Part shown: piece after piece, positions 57,232 through 64,000 of the stretch | How the letters are laid out: the number at the start of each line of letters is the position of its first letter | How positions within the stretch are numbered: the first letter of the stretch is position 1 | Source: an uncultured Candidatus Saccharibacteria bacterium | Lineage (GTDB): Bacteria > Patescibacteriota > Minisyncoccia > Phycocordibacterales > PALSA-1337 | Reading direction: 5' to 3' | DNA length: 64,000 nt | Assembly: GCA_964357605.1 (NCBI GenBank) | Contig: CAYHLX010000003.1 | Span: 1,579 to 65,578, forward strand | Made by a program: the position numbers and the translations under genes | The notes under the pieces: generated by a model | Told to the model about the DNA's origin: nothing | Database searches by the model: none | The model's input: the letters and a program-made list of their open reading frames with translations, nothing else

Positions 57232-57240
57232 TACAAAGAT

Positions 57241-57867
57241 ATGAAAAACAAGAAACAAAATGACAATCATCCTAAGCATGAGAGAACACTGGTTATCATT
57301 AAACCAGATGGTATACAGAGAAGTTTGATGGGAGAAATCATTGGACGTTACGAACGCATTGGCTTGAAATTAACAGCTATAAAAATGATGGTACCGACCA
57401 TTGAACTTATAGAACAACACTACACTCTTGATCCTGAGTGGTTTCAGAAGACAGGAGAGAAGAATCTAAAAGCGTACAAAGACAAAGGACTCATACCTCC
57501 ACACAATAATCCTATCGATCAATCAAAAATGATCTTAGAGAAATTGAAAAAGTACATGGTCAGTGGACCAATTATTGTCATGGTCTGGGAGGGGGCACAT
57601 GCGGTAGCGATCGTGAGAAAGATTACTGGTAGTACAGAACCACTAACATCTGATGTTGGAACTATCAGAGGTGACTACCTACTAGATTCATATAAAGTTG
57701 CAGATGATGATTTGAGAGCAATTCGCAATCTGGTCCACGCTTCTGGCTCGGTTAAAGAAGCCGAAGATGAGATCAAACACTGGTTTTCTCCTGCGGAGAT
57801 TATCAAATATACTCATATCCAAGAGAAGATTTTGTACGATGTCAATCTCGACGGAATTCTAGAATAG
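57241..57867 (+). CDS. ndk: Nucleoside diphosphate kinase
   Basis: ERTLVIIKPDG, GTIRGD, NLVHAS. Confidence 0.95.
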   Translation: MKNKKQNDNHPKHERTLVIIKPDGIQRSLMGEIIGRYERIGLKLTAIKMMVPTIELIEQHYTLDPEWFQKTGEKNLKAYKDKGLIPPHNNPIDQSKMILEKLKKYMVSGPIIVMVWEGAHAVAIVRKITGSTEPLTSDVGTIRGDYLLDSYKVADDDLRAIRNLVHASGSVKEAEDEIKHWFSPAEIIKYTHIQEKILYDVNLDGILE

Positions 57868-57923
57868 TTCTCTATTACTTTTCCACTCTTGTATTCAAAA
57901 ATGGTGGGCATATAATTAAGTCA

Positions 57924-58039
57924 GGTCACGGGAGTATTAACCCTATACCACATAATTTGGGATCTCGAGGTGTTTCGTGCCTTGGTACGGACATAGAGAA
58001 CCCACCTAGTTGTAACTAGGTTATAATACTCCGGTGACC
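57924..58039 (+). ncRNA. ssrS: 6S RNA, compact (about 116 nt)
   Basis: Closing stem GGTCAC.GGAGTATTA/TAATACTCC.GTGACC, central bubble, TTTGGGATCTC..GAGAACCCACCT signature, 3' bubble hairpin ACCTAGTT/AACTAGGT. Promoter TTGTAT-16-TATAAT at 57889-57916. Confidence 0.8.
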
Positions 58040-58102
58040 AATCAAGAATATCTGCAACCATACGGTAGAGCAGGTATTTTTGTTTCTGATATAATTGATT
58101 CT

Positions 58103-58480
58103 ATGAATAAAACATATATTCCGGCTATTCTAATTCTTGTTCTAGTTTTTGTCCTTCATTATTTCGGAATTCATTATTATCTCTATATTAGATTTACCGG
58201 ATATGACATCATGATGCATGTTTTGGGTGGAGTGGGACTTGGCTTGGCATTACATTGGTTTTTCAAGACTTTTTTTACAAACTTGAGTGCAAAGAAACAT
58301 TTCTGGTCTCTCTTGATTGGTATCATTATTCTCGGTCTACTGTGGGAAGTTATGGAAGGATATTATGATATCACCATTGCTCCAGTTGGTACTCTTTTGC
58401 ATTGGGTGGATACAGTGAAAGACATCATTAATGATACTATCGGAATGTTGGTGGCTTATCTTTTTGTTAAAGATAAATAA
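58103..58480 (+). CDS. Small membrane protein (possible VanZ/DUF2238-like)
   Basis: D..MH..GG, LLWE..E and DTVKD..ND motifs; 4 TMs. ATG 7 nt after TATAAT. Confidence 0.75.
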   Translation: MNKTYIPAILILVLVFVLHYFGIHYYLYIRFTGYDIMMHVLGGVGLGLALHWFFKTFFTNLSAKKHFWSLLIGIIILGLLWEVMEGYYDITIAPVGTLLHWVDTVKDIINDTIGMLVAYLFVKDK

Positions 58481-58481
58481 C

Positions 58482-59837
58482 ATGTCTGCCAAAATAACTT
58501 TTTGTAGTGGAATAGGAAGTGTCACTGGGGCAAACTTTCTTGTTGAGTTTAATTCTAGTCGCATTCTCGTAGACTGTGGTCTTATTCAAGGAGAAAAAGT
58601 GGCCATGAAAGAGAACCGTAATCCTTTTGGATATGAGCCAGCTTCGATTGAAATACTTTTTGTGACTCATGCCCATCTAGATCATGTAGGACGTATTCCC
58701 AAACTAGTAAAAGATGGTTTTAAAGGGGAAATATATTCTACTCCAGAGACTAGATCTCTCGCCGAACTTATCTTAGAAGATGCCGTTGGTTTGTTGGATA
58801 AGGAGGCAAGAGAAGAGGGAATTTTACCTCTATACGAGATGCAAGACATGAAAGAGGCCATGGCTCTCTGGAAAACTATTCCTTACCACACCGAAACTTC
58901 TTTCAAAGACTTTTCCCTGTATATCAAAGATGCAGGACATATTCTTGGCTCTTCTATTTTTCAATTCACTCACAAAGGAAAGAAAATAGTTTTCACAGGA
59001 GATTTGGGAAATACTCCGACACCACTTCTCCGAGATACGGAGTCTATAGAGGGTGCAGAATATGTGGTGATGGAGAGTGTTTATGGAGATCGCAATCATG
59101 AACCAAAGAGCGAACGATCAGAAAAATTGAAAAAAATAATAAAGGAGACCATCGCTAGAGGAGGGAGTTTGGTTATCCCGGCCTTTTCCCTGGAAAGAAC
59201 ACAGGTGATTATTTATGAAATCAATAAACTGGTTGAGTCTAAACAGATTCCATCCATTCCTGTTTATATCGATTCACCCTTGGCAACTAGAATCACTGAA
59301 GTATATAGAGAAAGCACCTATTTGTTCAATGAAAAAGCTCAAGAAGAAATAAAGGCAGGGGACGATCTTTTCAATTTTCCTCGCCTATCATTTACCGCTA
59401 GCACCCAAGAATCGCGGGAAATAGATCATTCCAAATTACCAAAAATCATCATTGCTGGTTCAGGCATGTCCGTTGGTGGTCGTGTTCGTCATCACGAAGA
59501 AATATATCTACCTGATCCAAAAAGTACTATCCTGCTGGTTGGCTATCAAACTATGGGTACGGTAGGGAGGCATCTCATAGAAGGAGCGAAAAAAGTTACG
59601 ATTGATAAAAAGGAAGTGCAGGTTAAAGCTCATATTGAGTCTATTCTAGGATTCTCTTCTCACAAAGATTCAGATCATCTAGTGGAATTTGTTTCTATGG
59701 CAGAAAAAACCCTGAAAAAAGTTTTTGTGGCCATGGGAGAGCCCAAATCTTCAGCTTTTCTAGCACAAAGGTTAAATAACGAATTAGGAATAAAGGCGGT
59801 CTGTCCAGAGAGAGGGGTGGGGTATGAGATAGAGTAA
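58482..59837 (+). CDS. MBL-fold beta-CASP ribonuclease
   Basis: VDCGL, THAHLDHVG, AGHILGS, TGDLG, ESVYG, FSSHKD. Confidence 0.93.
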   Translation: MSAKITFCSGIGSVTGANFLVEFNSSRILVDCGLIQGEKVAMKENRNPFGYEPASIEILFVTHAHLDHVGRIPKLVKDGFKGEIYSTPETRSLAELILEDAVGLLDKEAREEGILPLYEMQDMKEAMALWKTIPYHTETSFKDFSLYIKDAGHILGSSIFQFTHKGKKIVFTGDLGNTPTPLLRDTESIEGAEYVVMESVYGDRNHEPKSERSEKLKKIIKETIARGGSLVIPAFSLERTQVIIYEINKLVESKQIPSIPVYIDSPLATRITEVYRESTYLFNEKAQEEIKAGDDLFNFPRLSFTASTQESREIDHSKLPKIIIAGSGMSVGGRVRHHEEIYLPDPKSTILLVGYQTMGTVGRHLIEGAKKVTIDKKEVQVKAHIESILGFSSHKDSDHLVEFVSMAEKTLKKVFVAMGEPKSSAFLAQRLNNELGIKAVCPERGVGYEIE

Positions 59838-59842
59838 TTTTC

Positions 59843-60193
59843 TTACTTCACCTTCTCCACAATCTTCTTGAAAGCTTCTGGGTTGGTGTCCGCTAGAGTT
59901 GAAAGAATCTTTCGGTCAATAGCGATATTAGCTTTCTTGAGGTTTCCGATGAACTTGCTGTATGAATATTCTGGGTTGATTGCTCGGAGAGCGGCATTGA
60001 TCCGGACATTCCAAAGTCGGCGATAATCACCCTTCTTGTCTCGTCTGTGAGCAAAAGCATAAGCTCCGGCATGAGAGATCGCTTCATAAGCGGCTCGTTC
60101 GGTTTTTGATCGGCGAAAACGATAGCCTTTTACTTGCTTTAGGATATTTCTTCTAGTTTTGAGAGCATTAACTCCTTTCTTTACGCGTGCCAT
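59843..60193 (-). CDS. rplT: 50S ribosomal protein bL20
   Basis: MARVK, RRLWNVRINAA, DRKILS. Confidence 0.97.
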   Translation of the reverse strand: MARVKKGVNALKTRRNILKQVKGYRFRRSKTERAAYEAISHAGAYAFAHRRDKKGDYRRLWNVRINAALRAINPEYSYSKFIGNLKKANIAIDRKILSTLADTNPEAFKKIVEKVK

Positions 60194-60208
60194 GGTATTT
60201 ATGATTAA

Positions 60209-60397
60209 TTATGCATTTACTAAAAATCGGCTCTTTTCCTTGTTGGTCATATGGAAGGGAACCTTTGAATTTTTCTTTCTCAACTGTGAACGACGACTCT
60301 CTTTTGAGTTGAAATGGTTTTGACCAGTCGCTCTCGCCAGAATCTTTCCATTCTTGGTGACCTTGAGACGTTTTAAATATGATTTATTTGATTTCAT
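60209..60397 (-). CDS. rpmI: 50S ribosomal protein bL35
   Basis: KSNKSYLKRLKVTKNGK, located between infC and rplT. Confidence 0.92.
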   Translation of the reverse strand: MKSNKSYLKRLKVTKNGKILARATGQNHFNSKESRRSQLRKKNSKVPFHMTNKEKSRFLVNA

Positions 60398-60398
60398 T

Positions 60399-60911
60399 TT
60401 ATTTCTTTTCTATTATCGCGCTGAGACCCTTTAGACTCTTGGCTGGAGCACTAGCTACCTTGTAATCAGTGGTTATGAGTTTAAATACTCGATCCATTCT
60501 TTCCTTTAGGAAATTCTGGTCCATGTATTTTGACCTACCAATGAGGAAAAGGTCAATTTTTACACGATGTCCTTCTGTTAGCCACTCCGACGCTTTCTTG
60601 GCCTTGAGTTCTAAATCGTGCTCTCCAGTACCTATTTTGACCTGAATATTTTTCAAATCTGATGTCTGGGTCCGAGCCTTTGCCACTTTCTGCTTCTTCT
60701 TTTCGTCGTACTGAAATTTACCATAATCCATGATTTTTGCAACCGGAGGGACGGCGGTAGGTGATATTTCAATAAGATCAAGGTTCCTTTCCCGAGCTTC
60801 TTTGAAAGCTTGTTCAAGGCTTATAACCCCTAGGTTCTCACCACTATCGGTAATAACCCTTAATTGAGGGGATTTTATGAAGTTATTTATACGTACTCGT
60901 GCTGTGCTCAA
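60399..60911 (-). CDS. infC: Translation initiation factor IF-3 (TTG start)
   Basis: RINNFI, PPVAKIMDYGKF, IGTGEHD. Confidence 0.95.
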   Translation of the reverse strand: MSTARVRINNFIKSPQLRVITDSGENLGVISLEQAFKEARERNLDLIEISPTAVPPVAKIMDYGKFQYDEKKKQKVAKARTQTSDLKNIQVKIGTGEHDLELKAKKASEWLTEGHRVKIDLFLIGRSKYMDQNFLKERMDRVFKLITTDYKVASAPAKSLKGLSAIIEKK

Positions 60912-60929
60912 TGAGCCTTATTTATAGCA

Positions 60930-62012
60930 TTAAAGGAACTTTCTGACAAGCTTGATGAGGACTTCTGGAATTTTCTCAATAAATGACCTTTTTCTCCATT
61001 CTGTCAGTAGAATCTCTCTAGAATTCTGCATGTCATGGATGAAGTGAGACTCAACTTCTTCTGCAAACCGACCGTTGGTTGTGATGATGTTGGCTTCAAA
61101 GTTATATAAGAGACTTAGGCGGTCTAGGTTTAGAGTTCCAACGGTGGCCCAATCTCCATCTATAGAGGTAGTTTTACTATGCATATTGTTGTCTTGATAC
61201 AAGAAGATTCGTACACCCGATTTTAATAAAGTATCAAAATATGATTTTGCTCCAAAGTCCAAGGTCGGGTATTTGTCAGATTTTTCTGGTAACAAGAGTC
61301 TTACATCTACTCCTCGATGAGCGGCGAGCTTGATGACTCTCAAGAGTCTGTGTGTTGGGACAAAAAAAGGAGTTGAGATGTAGACAAATTTTTTAGCAGA
61401 TCGGATTGCGGCGACAAGCTCTGTGTAAATATGTCTACGACCTGGAGTGGGGTAGTTGGTAATGTATTTGAACTCTCGATCTCTAACAAACTGTCTCTTG
61501 GCTATATTTTTGTCTCCTTTAGCTCGTCCCCACATGCGATTGAAGGCATTAGACATCTCGCTGACTACTGGACCTTCTAGACGAAGGTTCGTATCTCTCC
61601 ACTTTACACTACTCTTTCTGATGCAGATGCTTCCTGTGTAACCGATTTTGTTATCTATGACTATCGTCCTACGGTGGTTGCGAAAGAACCAAGAGCGATA
61701 GTTTGGTACTTTGAAAAAACCAGGAATCAAAGTTTTCCAAAATACTAGTTCAATGCCTTTTTTTTGCAGATCTTCGGCAATAGTTGAACCAAAAAAGCTA
61801 AAACTTCCTGCTGCATCCCATAGAAAACGTACTTTTACTCCCGCCTTAGCTCGTTCACTACAAATATCTATGAGTTTATTTCCAAAATCATCTGCCACAA
61901 AGATAAATTGCTCCAGATCAATAGTTTTCTCTGCTTTCTTGCAGTCTTCTAAGAGGGAATCCCAAGCCTCCTCGTTTGTGGTGTATAGACAGAAAAATGT
62001 TTCGCTTATCAT
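60930..62012 (-). CDS. Cardiolipin synthase / phospholipase D family (ClsB-like, no N-terminal TMs)
   Basis: HRRTIVID and HSKTTSID HKD-type motifs, WRDT, RGVDVRLL. Confidence 0.9.
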   Translation of the reverse strand: MISETFFCLYTTNEEAWDSLLEDCKKAEKTIDLEQFIFVADDFGNKLIDICSERAKAGVKVRFLWDAAGSFSFFGSTIAEDLQKKGIELVFWKTLIPGFFKVPNYRSWFFRNHRRTIVIDNKIGYTGSICIRKSSVKWRDTNLRLEGPVVSEMSNAFNRMWGRAKGDKNIAKRQFVRDREFKYITNYPTPGRRHIYTELVAAIRSAKKFVYISTPFFVPTHRLLRVIKLAAHRGVDVRLLLPEKSDKYPTLDFGAKSYFDTLLKSGVRIFLYQDNNMHSKTTSIDGDWATVGTLNLDRLSLLYNFEANIITTNGRFAEEVESHFIHDMQNSREILLTEWRKRSFIEKIPEVLIKLVRKFL

Positions 62013-62031
62013 ATAGTGATAATCTATCCCT

Positions 62032-63606
62032 CTAAGCTTTTAAGGGTAAATCAATAGAAAACTTAGCTCCTTTTCCTAAACCATCTGATTCTACACTGAT
62101 TGTACCCCCGTGTCTTCTCATAATATCTTTTGATATAAAAAGTCCTATCCCCATACCTTCCGTGTCTATTTTTACACCATCCCCTCTGAAAAATTTAATG
62201 AAGATACGAGGCAGGTCTTTTTTTGATATCCCCACACCATTGTCTTTGACAGAAAAGATTAGTTTTTTATCATTAAGTTCGATAGATAATTTTATATTTC
62301 CTTCATCTGGTGTATAGGTAATAGCATTATCTATAATAGTTTCTATCACGAATTCTATCCTTTTTAGATCGACATTTACTGGTGGTAGGTTATTTCCAAA
62401 CTCAGTATCTATTGTTATTTTTTTAGCGTTAATTCTTATGTTCTTTTTATTAATAACTTTTTTGATTATTTCAGCAAGATTTTCTTCGGTTAATGCATAA
62501 CTTTTTTCATTTCCACCTATATTGGCAAGATTGACCAATGTATCTGTCAATCCAACTAAAACAGTATTTTCTTCCTCGATGTTGTCCAGTTCCTTTTTTT
62601 GTTCTTCATTTGTCGACAATGTTTTGAGCATTTCTACTGACCATTTGATATATGTGATGGGGGTACGGAATCTGTGCATTATGATATTTATAAACTCATC
62701 TTTTAAGATATCTGTTTCTCTGATTTTTTTCCATACGATAATTGCACTACTTACCGCGATTATTCCAGAAAGTCCTGGAAGGATCCATTTTGGGAAATTT
62801 GGAAAATTGGTGATAATTGTTTCGTTGGCACTACTTATAAGTACGATCAAGATTGCTACGATAGTTACTCCGATAGCATACCAAAAAGCTCTCTTTGCTA
62901 TGATATTAATATCAATTAACTTATATTCAACAATAGAATAAGCCATAGGAATGCTATAGAGTCCAAACAATGCTGATACCAAAGGATTTATTTCTATTCC
63001 ATACAATAGAAATAATGGCACACTGCCGATACCATAGGCTATCAGCATGGACACGATCAAATATTTTAGACGATTTCTCATATCAAAATCTCCTTTTTTG
63101 AAAGCGGAAAGCAAATGATAGAGGAAGTAGATCAATACTCCAAAAAAGAAGATATCACCAATAAAATAGTATTTTCCTTGTACAAAGAAATTCGTAAAAT
63201 ATAATTTTGGCTCAGATGGCAGGAGAAAAAGATCTGGAGATATGGCAAAAAAAATCACAAAACCAAGACCTAAAAGATAGATCAATCCCATGATCTTTTT
63301 CTGTACATGATATTTACCTGTAATTAGTAATGCGAAATGAGCATTCAAGATTACAATAAATAATGATGCAATGTTCCACATGAATGCTGCTCGTGATACT
63401 AGCGGGTCAGAGATATTGATTCCTATGACGTAGGATAATTCCCAGATAATTGTGGCTATCCCTAAAAGGAAAAATACTATATTTATTTGTTTTTTGTATC
63501 CTCTAGAAATTACTAGAATGATCAGACTTAAGGTAATTATTATGGAAATAATATGGCCTATATTGGTGATCAATAGTTGTGTGTTCATATCTACATCAGT
63601 ATACAC
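62032..63606 (-). CDS. Membrane sensor histidine kinase with multi-TM N-terminus
   Basis: H-box HRFRTP, N-box DNAITY, G1 DNGVG, F-box FIKF, G2 GMGIGL. Confidence 0.92.
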   Translation of the reverse strand: MYTDVDMNTQLLITNIGHIISIIITLSLIILVISRGYKKQINIVFFLLGIATIIWELSYVIGINISDPLVSRAAFMWNIASLFIVILNAHFALLITGKYHVQKKIMGLIYLLGLGFVIFFAISPDLFLLPSEPKLYFTNFFVQGKYYFIGDIFFFGVLIYFLYHLLSAFKKGDFDMRNRLKYLIVSMLIAYGIGSVPLFLLYGIEINPLVSALFGLYSIPMAYSIVEYKLIDINIIAKRAFWYAIGVTIVAILIVLISSANETIITNFPNFPKWILPGLSGIIAVSSAIIVWKKIRETDILKDEFINIIMHRFRTPITYIKWSVEMLKTLSTNEEQKKELDNIEEENTVLVGLTDTLVNLANIGGNEKSYALTEENLAEIIKKVINKKNIRINAKKITIDTEFGNNLPPVNVDLKRIEFVIETIIDNAITYTPDEGNIKLSIELNDKKLIFSVKDNGVGISKKDLPRIFIKFFRGDGVKIDTEGMGIGLFISKDIMRRHGGTISVESDGLGKGAKFSIDLPLKA

Positions 63607-63646
63607 TCACTTTACAGTAACTCGCAATTCACCTATGATGAGTTAT

Positions 63647-63871
63647 ATGCTTAGTATCAATACTCTAATTGAGCTTCTGGTGACTTTGATAATTGCCACT
63701 ATTCCTTTGGGTATTGTAGTTGGTGTCTGGTTTGGCTCCGAGGCTTCGGCTGAGGATAATCCTAAAAAGAAGAAAAAACTAATTTGGAAGATGGTTTGGA
63801 GTTTTGCAGCTCCATTTCTTACGCTGGTCGGTATCTTAATTATTTTAACGGTGTTGTATTTACTGATATAA
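63647..63871 (+). CDS. Small two-TM hypothetical protein
   Basis: Two hydrophobic helices separated by a Lys-rich loop. ATG 7 nt after TATGAT. Confidence 0.6.
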   Translation: MLSINTLIELLVTLIIATIPLGIVVGVWFGSEASAEDNPKKKKKLIWKMVWSFAAPFLTLVGILIILTVLYLLI

Positions 63872-63880
63872 TATAAACAT

Positions 63881-64000
63881 ATGGATGAACTAACTGTTTG
63901 GGGGCTTACAATTGCCGCTTTTATATATATTTATTTTAAAGTTGGATCAGGCGGGGGAGGAAAACCCAAGGATGATAAGGGAGGGGACAAAGGAGGGAAG
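63881..64000 (+). CDS. Small TM protein, truncated at the window edge
   Basis: MDELTVWGLTIAAFIYIYFKVGSGGGGKPKDDKGGDKGGK, open to the end. Confidence 0.5.
   Translation, partial: MDELTVWGLTIAAFIYIYFKVGSGGGGKPKDDKGGDKGGK

Noticed and set aside
1-64000. Numerous short ORF-track entries overlapping real genes (for example 6910-7350, 13014-13541, 44210-44710, 50624-51034, 53428-53814)
   Set aside because: Antisense or off-frame shadows of well-supported genes, with no recognisable motifs.

Overview
About 64 kb of a small-genome bacterium, most likely Patescibacteria (CPR, Parcubacteria-like). This is inferred from the missing uL30 in the spc operon, the paired TrmB-type regulators, the split comEC, the type IV pilus cluster, A-rich starts without Shine-Dalgarno sequences, and many apparently leaderless genes. 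Core content: HU, rny, clpP, rsmE, tig, H+-PPase, nusA, pilB/pilC with three pilins, tpiA, pgk, recJ, rnhA, comEC, SOD, the str/S10/spc ribosomal cluster (secY has an in-frame TAA), adk, map, ndk and infC-rpmI-rplT, plus tRNA-Gly and a compact 6S RNA. The most unusual features are: (1) an operon of a circularly permuted ATP-grasp ligase, a DmpA-family peptidase and an Asp/Glu racemase behind a complete leader-peptide attenuator with an RLR motif; (2) a separately promoted, non-canonical tRNA-like RNA with an Ala G3.U70 acceptor stem just downstream of that operon; (3) a four-copy promoter/operator motif shared by both comEC halves, an orphan PemK-like toxin and the tRNA-like RNA; (4) an orphan DGR-type target gene; (5) a truncated AcrIII-1/DUF1874 ring-nuclease homologue with a possible +1 frameshift extension; (6) an unnamed four-way-junction ncRNA; and (7) an EF-Tu with a replaced switch I. 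No rRNA, CRISPR array, integrase or transposase was seen. All calls are by eye, with no database searches.
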